This document shows positions 29,301 through 39,383 of a DNA stretch of 45,984 nt, in pieces. Origin of the DNA: Clostridiaceae bacterium UBA5444 (GTDB lineage Bacteria > Bacillota > Clostridia > Clostridiales > Oxobacteraceae). Where the stretch lies: positions 32,401 to 78,384 of the forward strand of contig DIRE01000063.1 of NCBI GenBank assembly GCA_002426575.1. The letters are read 5' to 3'. The number at the start of each line of letters is the position of its first letter. Position 1 is the first letter of the stretch. Made by a program: the position numbers and the translations under genes. The notes beneath the pieces are model-generated. The model worked only from the letters and a program-made list of their open reading frames with translations. It made no database searches and was not told the origin of the DNA.

Positions 29301-29675
29301 TTATTTAGCTATTTTTTCATAATCTTCTGGGCTTAATAGCCCATCAATTTCAGATGCATCTGTTAATTCAACACAAATCATCCAACTTTCATATGGTGCT
29401 TTATTTACTGATGCAGGGTTATCTACTATATCTTCATTAATCTCTATTACTTTACCACTAACAGGCATATAGCAGTCTGAAGCAGCCTTTACAGACTCTA
29501 ATACTCCAAAGTTATCTCCCTTTGAAAACTCATCATCCACATCTGGAAGCTCAACATAAACTATAGACCCAAGGGAATCCTGAGCATGATCAGTTACTCC
29601 TATATAAGCCTTATCTCCTTCTACCTTTACCCACTCATGATCCTCTGAATATAACAAGCCTTTTTCTACTACCAT
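29301..29675 (-). CDS. gcvH: Glycine cleavage system H protein (lipoyl carrier)
   Basis: 124 aa, lipoyl-lysine motif ESVKAASD, start HEWVKVEG. Confidence 0.9.
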   Translation of the reverse strand: MVVEKGLLYSEDHEWVKVEGDKAYIGVTDHAQDSLGSIVYVELPDVDDEFSKGDNFGVLESVKAASDCYMPVSGKVIEINEDIVDNPASVNKAPYESWMICVELTDASEIDGLLSPEDYEKIAK

Positions 29676-29694
29676 TTCATTTCCTCCTCATATA

Positions 29695-30801
29695 TTATTT
29701 TTGCGTTTTCTTAGTATAGAATTGTCTTTTAATTATTTCAGCTTTTAACCTTTTCTTTCTTATAGCAATTATTATTTCATTTCCTATTTTAGCATGGTCT
29801 GCATCTATAATGGCTAAGCCAATGTTTTTCTTTAGAGTCGGTGAAAAGTACCCTGTAGTTATTGTGCCAATCTTTTGATCATCTGAGTAAACTTCATAGC
29901 CATGCCTTGGAATTCCTCTATCCTTCATTTCAAAGGCAACAATCTTTCTATTTAATCCATTCTCTTTTTGGTTTTTAAGTGCCTCGCGGCCTATAAAATC
30001 CACTTTATCTAATTTTACAAAGAAACCAAAGCCAGCTTCTAAAGGTGTTATATCTTCTGAAAGCTCATTTCCATACAAAGGAAGGTTTGCTTCAAATCTC
30101 AATGTATCTCTAGCGCCAAGTCCTACAGGAACTATTTCCTCATCATGGCCAACCTCAAGTATTCTATCCCATAGGGAGACTACATCCTTGGGTGACACAT
30201 ATATCTCGAATCCATCTTCCCCCGTGTACCCTGTCCTAGATACAATAGCTTTTTTACCGTCTATATTTACATCTCTTAAGAAGTGAAAAAATTTTATTTG
30301 TGATAGGTCAACATCTACTAACTTTTGAAGAATACACTGTGCTTTAGGCCCTTGAATTGCAAGTTGTGCCGTGTCATCTGAAATATTGCATATATCGGCA
30401 TCAAAATCTCCAACATTATCTACTATCCATTTATAATCTTTATCTAAGTTACTTGCATTTACAACCAAAAAATATTCATCTTTAGAAAATCTATATACTA
30501 ATAGATCATCTACAACTCCACCGTTTCTATTGCACATGAATGTATACAAAACTTGATTGTCTTCTAATGATGCTATACTGTTAGTAATTAAATATTCTAC
30601 AAAGCCATATGCATCCTTCCCTTTTATTATGATCTCACCCATATGGGATACGTCAAAGAGCCCTGCTTTATTCCTAACTGCTTCATGCTCTTTTATAATT
30701 CCTTCAAACTCAACTGGCAAAGCCCATCCTGCAAAATCGACTATTTTACCGCCATATTTTTCATATGTATTTATAAGCGGCGTCTTTTTTAAGTTTTCCA
30801 C
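29695..30801 (-). CDS. gcvT: Aminomethyltransferase (glycine cleavage system T protein)
   Basis: 368 aa. GcvT family (TPL...GGKIVDFAGWALPVEF; GLFDVSHMGE; RTGYTGEDGFEI). RBS gggaggg upstream. Confidence 0.9.
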   Translation of the reverse strand: MENLKKTPLINTYEKYGGKIVDFAGWALPVEFEGIIKEHEAVRNKAGLFDVSHMGEIIIKGKDAYGFVEYLITNSIASLEDNQVLYTFMCNRNGGVVDDLLVYRFSKDEYFLVVNASNLDKDYKWIVDNVGDFDADICNISDDTAQLAIQGPKAQCILQKLVDVDLSQIKFFHFLRDVNIDGKKAIVSRTGYTGEDGFEIYVSPKDVVSLWDRILEVGHDEEIVPVGLGARDTLRFEANLPLYGNELSEDITPLEAGFGFFVKLDKVDFIGREALKNQKENGLNRKIVAFEMKDRGIPRHGYEVYSDDQKIGTITTGYFSPTLKKNIGLAIIDADHAKIGNEIIIAIRKKRLKAEIIKRQFYTKKTQK

Positions 30802-31072
30802 AAAAATCCCTCCCTTATATTATTGTACTAATTATTTAATTCTTTTTAAAGGCATAATTATACTATTATAGTCAAGATTACATCCTCATTCACCTATTTT
30901 AATGTTAGGTTTATTTTCCCCATAGCTTTCCTCCATTCTATATGATGATACATTATATAATTTCTAATATAACTTTATTATACCTGTTTTACCTCAAATT
31001 ATGGGTATAATACTGTATTTTGTCGGGGATTACCACGATTGTATAAAATATATACAATTACAAAAAACAAAT

Positions 31073-31085
31073 AGGGCTCAACCCT
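31073..31085 (-). terminator. Rho-independent terminator for the coiled-coil gene (agggttgagccct + atttgttttttg on the minus strand)
   Basis: Hairpin and U-tract read on the minus strand. Confidence 0.55.
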
Positions 31086-31117
31086 AAGGATTGAACCCTG
31101 TTCTATATTATAAATAT

Positions 31118-31558
31118 TTATCTTGCAGACTTAATCTCAACTATATCACTCCAGTTTCTTGAAGTGAGCTCTACTATAGTTGGCAGCTCCTTTTGTATGC
31201 TTTTTACTCTTGAGGAGGTGTCAGTAACGGCAAGCTCTATAACCTCTAACCTATTATCTAAAGAATCCATGCTATCATCTTTTTCCCTGCCTAATTGATC
31301 AGAAAAAGATGACTGTACTTCTGCTACAATCTCTACCTTTTTATTTAAATCCTCAAGGAGTATTGTATTCCTATCAGTCTTATTCTCAACCCTATCAAGA
31401 TGCTGGTTTATATCCTTTATTTCACCTTGCATAGACTTTATGTCGCTTTGCATTGTTTTCATACTGCCTTGTATTGTTCCAATATCGCCTTGCATTGTTT
31501 TCATATCGCTTTGTATTGATTTTAATATTTCTAAAATTTCTTTATCCATATGTATCAC
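31118..31558 (-). CDS. Small coiled-coil protein of unknown function with N-terminal degenerate 8-residue tandem repeats (MKTMQGDI / GTIQGSMK / TMQSDIKS / MQGEIKDI)
   Basis: 146-aa ORF. About 24-nt nucleotide repeats visible (gcattgttttcata...). Heptad-like charged residues downstream. No TM segment. Confidence 0.6.
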   Translation of the reverse strand: MIHMDKEILEILKSIQSDMKTMQGDIGTIQGSMKTMQSDIKSMQGEIKDINQHLDRVENKTDRNTILLEDLNKKVEIVAEVQSSFSDQLGREKDDSMDSLDNRLEVIELAVTDTSSRVKSIQKELPTIVELTSRNWSDIVEIKSAR

Positions 31559-31771
31559 CGCCTCTAGTATATTATACTGGAATATTCTTATACTATCTAC
31601 AGTTAAATAGTGCTAATTATTCTTAGAAAGCAGCTTACCTGGTCAAAATTATAATAGCGCATTCCTAAGCTAAATACGATGATTTTCTTTTACCCTAAAA
31701 CAATTTGTTTGCTATAATGATATGGGTGTGTTTTGTATTTCTAATTAACATTTTCAAAGGAGGGAGCACTT

Positions 31772-33562
31772 TTGCTAAAGCTTACACGCTTCTTAAAGCC
31801 ATATAAAGGCTATGTTTTTGGGGGACAGTTTTTTAAGCTTTTAGAAGCAATTCTTGAACTTATAATACCAACACTTATGGCTTTTATTATAGATAAAGGT
31901 GTAAAAAATAATGATACTTCTTATATACTAAAAATAGGCAAAGTTATGCTTATAGCAGCGGTTCTAGGTATGATCTTTGCATTTATATGCCAATACTTTG
32001 CATCAATAGCCTCTCAAGGTTTTGGAACTTTAGTAAGAGATGCACTTTTTGAACATATTGAGGCTTTTTCTCATACTGAGATAGATAAATTTGGCACTCC
32101 TTCACTTATAAATAGAATAACAAATGATGTAAACCAGCTTCAATTTGCAGTTGCAATGTGGATACGCTTGGTGGTTAGGGCTCCATTTTTGTTTTTTGGA
32201 GGGCTTGTTATGGCAATGATACTTGATATGAAGCTTTCATTGGTTATATTAAGTATACTGCCTTTGTTTCTGATTGTATTAATATCAGTTATGAATAAAT
32301 CAATTCCTCTATATAAAACAATACAAAAAAAGTTAGATAAATTGTCTATAGTTATTAGAGAAAATCTATCAGGGGTTAGAGTTATTAGGGCATTTGCTAG
32401 TGTGGACTATGAAAAGAAACGCTTTGATGAGTCAAATAATGATTTGTCTGATACTGCAATTAAGGTTGGCAAAATTGCGTCCCTTCTAAACCCTGCCACA
32501 TCAATTATAATGAACTTTGCAATACTTGCAATTATTTGGTTTGGTGGGATTCGTGTAAATATAGGAGAGATGACTCAAGGACAAATTATTGCCTACATAA
32601 ATTATGTAATTCAAATACTATCTTCCTTAATTATTGTTGCAAACCTTGTTGTTACATTTACAAAAGCAGCTGCATCAGCGGCTCGTGTAAATGAAATATT
32701 CGAAACCAAAAGTACTATTGGCAGTCGAGATAATTTAATAAATAAGCAGCCGAATCAGCCAGATACTAAAACCTTAGATACTCCAATAGTTGAGTTTAAA
32801 GATGTTTCATTTATGTATAATGATTCAAATGAATATGCAATAAAAAACATATCATTTAATCTAAAGAAAGGGCAGACAATAGGAATAATCGGTGCTACTG
32901 GTTCTGGAAAAACCACTATTGTAAACCTTATACCACGCTTTTATGATGTTACATGTGGTACCGTACTAGTTCATGGAATAGATGTAAAAGACTATGGACA
33001 AGATGGACTTAGAGCAAAAATAGGTATGGTCCCCCAAAAGGCTATACTTTTCTCTGGAACTATTGCAGAAAATATACGTTGGGGACTTGAATCTGCAGAT
33101 GATGAACAAATACGTAGTTCTGCAAGAATTGCTCAAGCTGAAAAGTTCATAGATAATCTGCCAGATGGTTTTGACTTTAAAGTATCTCAAGGGGGTGCAA
33201 ACCTCTCGGGAGGGCAAAAGCAAAGAATTACCATTGCAAGAGCATTGGTTAAAAGACCTGAGATACTTATTTTAGACGATAGCTCAAGCGCACTAGACTA
33301 TACCACTGAGGCAGCTCTTAGGAAGGCATTGCGCACTAACACTAATCAATATGATATGTCCACAATAGTTGTATCCCAAAGGGTTAATTCTGTTAAAAAT
33401 GCAGACTTTATAATTGTTTTAGATAATGGGTGTATGGTTGGTATTGGAACCCATAAAGATCTTATAAATACATGCCCAATATACCATGAAATTTGTATAT
33501 CCCAGCTTGAGAAAGAGGAGGTTGAAAATATTGAAAAATGCTACTCTGCTTCGCATGTTTAA
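31772..33562 (+). CDS. ABC transporter ATP-binding/permease protein, heterodimeric multidrug-exporter type (subunit 1)
   Basis: TTG start with RBS aaaggaggga. N-terminal 6-TM domain. NBD with Walker A GATGSGKTT, signature LSGGQKQR, Walker B ILILDD. 596 aa. Confidence 0.85.
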   Translation: MLKLTRFLKPYKGYVFGGQFFKLLEAILELIIPTLMAFIIDKGVKNNDTSYILKIGKVMLIAAVLGMIFAFICQYFASIASQGFGTLVRDALFEHIEAFSHTEIDKFGTPSLINRITNDVNQLQFAVAMWIRLVVRAPFLFFGGLVMAMILDMKLSLVILSILPLFLIVLISVMNKSIPLYKTIQKKLDKLSIVIRENLSGVRVIRAFASVDYEKKRFDESNNDLSDTAIKVGKIASLLNPATSIIMNFAILAIIWFGGIRVNIGEMTQGQIIAYINYVIQILSSLIIVANLVVTFTKAAASAARVNEIFETKSTIGSRDNLINKQPNQPDTKTLDTPIVEFKDVSFMYNDSNEYAIKNISFNLKKGQTIGIIGATGSGKTTIVNLIPRFYDVTCGTVLVHGIDVKDYGQDGLRAKIGMVPQKAILFSGTIAENIRWGLESADDEQIRSSARIAQAEKFIDNLPDGFDFKVSQGGANLSGGQKQRITIARALVKRPEILILDDSSSALDYTTEAALRKALRTNTNQYDMSTIVVSQRVNSVKNADFIIVLDNGCMVGIGTHKDLINTCPIYHEICISQLEKEEVENIEKCYSASHV

Positions 33563-35270
33563 ATATATAAAGCCATATAGAAAATATTTATTTGCAATAA
33601 TTATATGTGCTATTATTAGCAATGTTTTAATTATTATCAGTCCTCTTTATACAGGCAAGGCAATAGATTTCATAATTGCAGAAGGAAAAGTTGATTTCCC
33701 ATCCATTCTAAATATTATTATTATTTTATCGGTAATATACTTTTTAAGTGCATTATTTCAATGGATGCTATCTATTTTTACAAATAAGCTTTCAAACTAT
33801 GCTGTTAGAGATATAAGGCATGATGCTTTTTATAAAGTAACCGCTCTTCCTTTAAAATACTATGACGATAGCAATAATACTCATGGAGATATAATAAATA
33901 GGTTAACAAATGATATAGACTTTATATCTGAAGGATTAATACAAGGGCTTACTCAACTTTTTTCCGGTGTTATAACAATTATAGGAGCACTCATTTTCAT
34001 GTTTAAACTAAGTACTTCTATTACTATAGTGGTACTCCTTATAACTCCTCTTTGTTTTTTTATTTCTTCATTTATTGCGCGTAATTCAAATAAGATGTTC
34101 AAAGAACAATCCAAAACATTAGGTGAATTAAATGGCTATATCGAAGAGATAATCGGGGGGCACAGTGTTGTGAAAGCTTTCAGCTACGAAAAACGTTCAC
34201 AATATAGATTTAAAGAAATAAACCAAAGGTTATATAAATGTGGACAAAAGTCACAATTTTATTCATCCCTTACAAATCCATCTACAAGGTTTGTAAATAA
34301 TATTACCTATATATTAGTAGGTATAATAGGTGGCATGGCCGCAATTGGGGGTAAACTTTCTATAGGAAATATATCTAGTTTTCTTATGTATTCCACACAT
34401 TTCTCAAAGCCAATAAATGAAATAACTAGTATGGCAACCCAGCTTCAGTCAGCCATTGCCTCTGCTGAAAGGGTGTTTGATATACTAGATGAAACTTCTG
34501 AAGAAGAAGATATACACAAACCGAATCTTAATATAACAGAAGGAAATGTAGTCTTTGATAGAGTTTATTTTTCATATAATAAAGATAAACCCTTAATAGA
34601 AAACTTTAAACTAGATGCAAAGTCTGGAGATACAATAGCAATTGTTGGACCAACAGGGGCAGGCAAAACCACCTTAGTAAACCTCCTTATGAGGTTTTAT
34701 GATGTAGACAGTGGAAGTATTTTAATTGATGGAACAGATATTCAATCTGTAAATAAGGAAAGCCTCCGCCATCTATTTGGCATGGTTCTTCAAGAAAGCT
34801 GGCTTTTTTCAGGTACAATTAGAGATAATATAGCCTATGGGAAGGTTAATGCAACTGATAGTGAGATCATAAAAGCTGCAAAATCCGCCCATGCCCATAG
34901 TTTTATAAAAAGACTTCCTAATGGATACGATACATTTATAACCGAAGATGGAGGAAATCTATCCCAAGGTCAAAAACAGCTTTTAACCATTGCTAGAGTA
35001 ATGCTTATAAATCCGCCAATGCTTATATTAGATGAAGCAACTAGCAGTATTGATACATTAACCGAGGCAAGAATACAAAAGGCATTTTCCTCTCTTATGA
35101 AAGGCAAAACAAGCTTTATTATTGCTCACAGATTATCTACAATTCGTGAAGCAGATTTAATATTGGTTATGAATAATGGACATATAATTGAAAAAGGTAC
35201 CCATACAGAACTTATCGATAAAAATGGCTTTTATGCTAATCTGCTTAAGTCCCAGACTTTTGGAGAATAA
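33531..35270 (+). CDS. ABC transporter ATP-binding/permease protein (subunit 2 of the heterodimeric exporter). The start is uncertain: the ORF opens at 33486; the likely start is TTG 33531 after RBS gaggagg, or ATG 33555
   Basis: TMD + NBD with Walker A GPTGAGKTT, signature LSQGQKQL, Walker B LILDEATS. Overlaps the 3' end of the upstream gene. Confidence 0.8.
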   Translation: MKNATLLRMFKYIKPYRKYLFAIIICAIISNVLIIISPLYTGKAIDFIIAEGKVDFPSILNIIIILSVIYFLSALFQWMLSIFTNKLSNYAVRDIRHDAFYKVTALPLKYYDDSNNTHGDIINRLTNDIDFISEGLIQGLTQLFSGVITIIGALIFMFKLSTSITIVVLLITPLCFFISSFIARNSNKMFKEQSKTLGELNGYIEEIIGGHSVVKAFSYEKRSQYRFKEINQRLYKCGQKSQFYSSLTNPSTRFVNNITYILVGIIGGMAAIGGKLSIGNISSFLMYSTHFSKPINEITSMATQLQSAIASAERVFDILDETSEEEDIHKPNLNITEGNVVFDRVYFSYNKDKPLIENFKLDAKSGDTIAIVGPTGAGKTTLVNLLMRFYDVDSGSILIDGTDIQSVNKESLRHLFGMVLQESWLFSGTIRDNIAYGKVNATDSEIIKAAKSAHAHSFIKRLPNGYDTFITEDGGNLSQGQKQLLTIARVMLINPPMLILDEATSSIDTLTEARIQKAFSSLMKGKTSFIIAHRLSTIREADLILVMNNGHIIEKGTHTELIDKNGFYANLLKSQTFGE

Positions 35271-35277
35271 TAAGACT

Positions 35278-35324
35278 AAGGATGGGAAAGGTGTATCTTA
35301 ATTATCCACACCTTTCCCATCCTT
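35278..35324. terminator. Bidirectional terminator between convergent operons (17-bp stem aaggatgggaaaggtgt / acacctttcccatcctt)
   Basis: Perfect inverted repeat seen directly. Confidence 0.6.
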
Positions 35325-35328
35325 TAAG

Positions 35329-35919
35329 TTACTTAAAATCCTTATAAGAATCAAGAAACTTTTGTCCTAATATCAAGGATATTATTCCGATTAATAATAA
35401 TACAAATATAGATTTAAAAGATAAAATACCCTGCAGGCACCATATTCCAATAACTATTGCAATCGTAGCTGCTGAGCTTGAAGTTATTGTCATAAATGCA
35501 AATGCCATTGAAGATACGCAAAAAGACCAAGTACATAGCCACATTGCTAATGTATTTAAATTAATGTCTCCAATCTCTACATAAAAATTAAATGAATAAA
35601 CTAATAGTAAAACCAGCACTAAATAAAGTATTATAAACTTTATAACTCTTACTATGCCTAATTTATATCTTTTTACAGGATAGCTAAAGATAGTTTCGCT
35701 TCCTTCTTCCTCTAAATCATTTATAAATATAAAAACTATCCACCATAGTCCCTGTAATGGAACTATTAGCTCTATCATTGGTAATACATTATACATAAAA
35801 TTTAATAATGATCTATTAAAATAAGTATATCCGCTTATTAAAAGCAGTATAATTATAGGAATATAAGCACCGGCCCCCATAGACTTCCACTGAAAAAACA
35901 TATCCATCTTTTTCTTCAT
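35329..35919 (-). CDS. Small polytopic membrane protein (probable second permease component of the ABC-2 system)
   Basis: 196 aa, about 5-6 hydrophobic segments. Lies 4 nt downstream of the ATPase gene. Confidence 0.55.
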   Translation of the reverse strand: MKKKMDMFFQWKSMGAGAYIPIIILLLISGYTYFNRSLLNFMYNVLPMIELIVPLQGLWWIVFIFINDLEEEGSETIFSYPVKRYKLGIVRVIKFIILYLVLVLLLVYSFNFYVEIGDINLNTLAMWLCTWSFCVSSMAFAFMTITSSSAATIAIVIGIWCLQGILSFKSIFVLLLIGIISLILGQKFLDSYKDFK

Positions 35920-35923
35920 AGCC

Positions 35924-36799
35924 CTATCCCACCTTATGGCCTTTGGTTTTTATTGTATATAAATAACAATCCTCAAGAGTTGGTTCGTCTTTTACTCCTC
36001 TTTTTATTGTATTTTCAGATAAAAGCCTTATTTCATATCCATCATCTGTATAAGTAGATCTTATTGTCTCTAAAGATGATGGCATATTCCTATATTCATC
36101 TTCTGAAAGTTTAACCTTCCAAACTTTATTTTCAGCAGTCCTTTTAAGTTCTGGTATGGTTCCAGTTATAAGTACTTGTCCTTTATCTAAAATAGCTACC
36201 TCCTGGCAGATTGCCTCAATATCCTCTACAATGTGTGTTGATATTATTATTGTAGCATCCCTGCTTAAATCCTTTAAAAGGTTTCTAAACTTAATTCTCT
36301 CCTCTGGATCAAGGCCTGTAGTTGGTTCGTCAACAATTATAAGCTTTGGATTTCCTATTATTGCTTGAGCTATTCCAAATCTTCTAAGCATCCCACCAGA
36401 TAAAGCCTTTATTTTCTTTTTTCTCTCCCCTGCAAGGTTTACTCTATACAGACATCTATTAACTTCCTCATCTACATTAGAAGTCCCTTTTAAAACTGCT
36501 ATATGTTCTAATGCATCTTCCACAGATAGATTTTTGTACATAGAAAATTTTTGTGGCAGATACCCTAGTATCTCTCTTATACTTTCACCATCCCTCCAGT
36601 TAAGCTCTCCAAATCTCATTTCTTCATATTCGCAAGGTAGTAATGTAGCTAAAATCCTTATAAGAGTTGTTTTCCCTGCACCATTTGGACCTAATAGTCC
36701 AAATATTCCTGGTTTTATCTCTAATGATATGTTGCTTAATGCCTTAAAATCTCCATAATATTTATTTAAATTTTTAATAACTATGTTATTCATACTCAT
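35924..36799 (-). CDS. ABC transporter ATP-binding protein (ABC-2 / BcrA-like subfamily)
   Basis: Walker A GPNGAGKTT, signature LSGGMLRR, Walker B IIVDEPTTGLD. 291 aa. 4-nt overlap with the upstream gene. Confidence 0.85.
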   Translation of the reverse strand: MSMNNIVIKNLNKYYGDFKALSNISLEIKPGIFGLLGPNGAGKTTLIRILATLLPCEYEEMRFGELNWRDGESIREILGYLPQKFSMYKNLSVEDALEHIAVLKGTSNVDEEVNRCLYRVNLAGERKKKIKALSGGMLRRFGIAQAIIGNPKLIIVDEPTTGLDPEERIKFRNLLKDLSRDATIIISTHIVEDIEAICQEVAILDKGQVLITGTIPELKRTAENKVWKVKLSEDEYRNMPSSLETIRSTYTDDGYEIRLLSENTIKRGVKDEPTLEDCYLYTIKTKGHKVG

Positions 36800-38922
36800 C
36801 TACTCTCCTCTTCATTTAAAAGTACTTCTAAATTATCTGAAGTGAAATTGGAGTTATCTTTCATCTCTCTAAACCACTTTTTTAAAAAATTATTTACCTT
36901 TTTCTCATCATCTTTGTTTTTATCAATATAATCCTTAACAGACTCTCTTATGCGGATTTCTTTCTCTATTTGTTTACACTTATTTAAATCTTCTTTATCC
37001 CATTCCATTAACTGTTTTAAATTCTCTATATTATCTTCTAAAATATTATATATCTCTATATTGGTAAATCTAAGGTTGTACCAATACTCATAAGCATATC
37101 CTAAAAGGTAGGTTATATCTTTAGAATAGTTTTCTATATTTATTACGTCACTATTTATTATTTGTCTAGGTAGATATTCTTTTGATATTTTATTGTGAAC
37201 ATTATTTAAATAACTTTCATCTATTATAATATGGTCCTTAAAATTCAATAGATTGACTGATAAAAAGTAATCTTTAGGAATATCAACAAAAAAATGCTTA
37301 TTCCCATTATCTACTTTATATTCTAAATCCTTCTCTATTTGTTTTCTTATATTTTGCCCTTCCTCTATATATTCGTTTAATGCTTTATCAATGTTATTAA
37401 TAGAAACAGGATAATATATTGTATCCTCCCCTATTTTTTTCTCCTTCATCATTCCGCCAACTAATGTTACTCCATTATTTGCTGTACCTTCCCATGTATC
37501 TTTGTTAACCTTATTAAGGTTTGTGCAAAGCGTTTTAGGTCCTTTATATTGAAGTTTATATTTTGTTTCCTTATTTCTATTTAAAGGAGTTGTCAATATA
37601 GTTGTAGAAAATGTATCAACAAATGTGAATGCATTATAACTTCCTTCTATGGGGAGCCAAGGAAAGTCTGCTGGCAAAAATACGCTTTGTTCATTAGCAA
37701 AATAGTATGCCGAACTATTTCCCTCATATTTTACTATTATATAATCTTCTTGGTCTTTACTTAATTTACTATTAAATTTAATTTTAAATTGATCGCCTTT
37801 TTGCTCAAAATCAAGGTATTCATTTCTGCTATTTTTAATTTCTTTTACTCTAAATCCATGAAATAACGTAAAAACCAAATTATCTGTTTCCTCTGTAATA
37901 ATATAGTCAATCTTTGTTTCTGATTTAATCTGGTGAATCGTGGATAATTTAATATCGTAGGCTTTAATATTAAAATTATGTTCATTAGCATAATTTGCTT
38001 CTCTATTTTGTATATAATAATCCCTCTCATCCCACCCAGGATTTTCAGAAACATCATTTGTTTTTAGTACCTGAGTAGGAAGCATAAATCCATAAACATT
38101 AAAGCCAATTATAAATGAAAATATTATTGTAATTAAAATTTTAGGCTTTTTTGTTTTATTATAGTTTTTAGAAACAACTAAAAATAAAATTACAAACAAC
38201 AATAAAGATAGCATAAAGAATTTTATATACCATCTTTGCATCTCTAAAGGGAATCCATAGGTATTTTGATAAGATAAACTTATATCTGTTTGTCCTATAT
38301 TAAAAAAGAATGCCATTTTTTCTAAAAGTTTTGTACCTCTTCCACGAGTAATTCCCCCAAGAACATCAAATATTAGTTCATTTGATGAGGTCAATAAAAT
38401 CCATAGTATAATCATAAGTGAATAGGAAGCCCTTGATTTTATGGTTAATGCTAATAACATACCAATAAATCCACATATAATAAATGGAATAGTAAGATAA
38501 AGTATTATATATAAAAAGGATTTCCAATATATAATCGGTTCAACTTTTGCAATGGCATAGGATATGTATATTTCTATAGTAAAAAGTAGCGTAAATACAA
38601 TAACACCAGTTATTAAAGCCAAAATCTTAGAGATTATCTTAGAGCTAAACCCCTTAGGAAGGGAATAAAAAATTTCATCACAATAATTAGCCTTCTCAAT
38701 CCTTACCATATAAAAGCCTAAAACCATAAATGCAAATATTCCTGCAAATACTAAATATGCAGATGATGTTAATGTTTGGCATGGCTCATAAAGTACTGAG
38801 TTTTTATTAACAGCCATACTAACTATCATATATGCAATACCAATTAAATTTGCTGCCCAATAGATTAAATTTGTCATCAATAACCTAACCTCTAGGCAAT
38901 AGCAGTTCCATATTCTTCTCAT
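36796..38922 (-). CDS. Large ABC-2-type membrane protein: N-terminal ~270-aa multi-TM permease-like region followed by a ~440-aa extracytoplasmic domain of unknown function
   Basis: 708-aa ORF. Hydrophobic segments in the first 270 residues, then a hydrophilic Lys/Asn/Glu-rich domain without a recognisable catalytic motif. Translationally coupled to the ATPase. Confidence 0.55.
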   Translation of the reverse strand: MRRIWNCYCLEVRLLMTNLIYWAANLIGIAYMIVSMAVNKNSVLYEPCQTLTSSAYLVFAGIFAFMVLGFYMVRIEKANYCDEIFYSLPKGFSSKIISKILALITGVIVFTLLFTIEIYISYAIAKVEPIIYWKSFLYIILYLTIPFIICGFIGMLLALTIKSRASYSLMIILWILLTSSNELIFDVLGGITRGRGTKLLEKMAFFFNIGQTDISLSYQNTYGFPLEMQRWYIKFFMLSLLLFVILFLVVSKNYNKTKKPKILITIIFSFIIGFNVYGFMLPTQVLKTNDVSENPGWDERDYYIQNREANYANEHNFNIKAYDIKLSTIHQIKSETKIDYIITEETDNLVFTLFHGFRVKEIKNSRNEYLDFEQKGDQFKIKFNSKLSKDQEDYIIVKYEGNSSAYYFANEQSVFLPADFPWLPIEGSYNAFTFVDTFSTTILTTPLNRNKETKYKLQYKGPKTLCTNLNKVNKDTWEGTANNGVTLVGGMMKEKKIGEDTIYYPVSINNIDKALNEYIEEGQNIRKQIEKDLEYKVDNGNKHFFVDIPKDYFLSVNLLNFKDHIIIDESYLNNVHNKISKEYLPRQIINSDVINIENYSKDITYLLGYAYEYWYNLRFTNIEIYNILEDNIENLKQLMEWDKEDLNKCKQIEKEIRIRESVKDYIDKNKDDEKKVNNFLKKWFREMKDNSNFTSDNLEVLLNEEESR

Positions 38923-39176
38923 TTGTAAGTCCCCCTGTCATCATTTGAAAGCTTTCTATATATATAACGATATGAATATGAAAAAGGATTCAATTTGTTA
39001 TCTTTTTTGCTTTTACTTCTAGTTTTGGCAACATACACTGATTGCTTATAAAACTGTGTATAATATAATTAATATATAAATTTGTACAAGCATGACAGGG
39101 GGAATAAACTTGCGAAGCAGATACCCTGCATCCTAACTCTGCTGGCTATGAAGTAGTATCAAAAAAAATAGCTCAA

Positions 39177-39222
39177 CTAATAAATCCTTAAGGGGTTAAT
39201 ACCTTCTTAAGGATTTATTAGT
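39177..39222. other. Strong 16-bp stem-loop (ctaataaatccttaag ... cttaaggatttattag) within the long 5' leader of the small multidrug export gene
   Basis: Perfect inverted repeat seen directly. Lies about 160 nt upstream of the start codon. Confidence 0.5.
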
Positions 39223-39383
39223 TGTATTTAGCAGCAAATGGCCATAAGTAACAAAAGTCTTTATTTTTTTCCATATAAGTGCTATGATAAAGAGCATATT
39301 ATATGCGTTTATAGGTAAAAATTATATGTGGATAACCCAATAGCATAGCACTTATTTTAATAATATATGGAGCTGAAAGCAAA

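Noticed and set aside
30802-31072. Expected tandem glycine riboswitch upstream of gcvT
   Set aside because: The conserved aptamer cores were not found when reading the minus strand.
33419-33622. 67-aa minus-strand ORF at the junction of the two ABC exporter genes
   Set aside because: It is antisense to the overlap region of two confidently annotated plus-strand genes.
39043-39065. Candidate sigma-A promoter (ttgctt ... tataat) for the export gene
   Set aside because: The -35/-10 spacing I counted (11 nt) is too short and no clean extended -10 is present. A promoter is likely nearby but its exact position cannot be supported.
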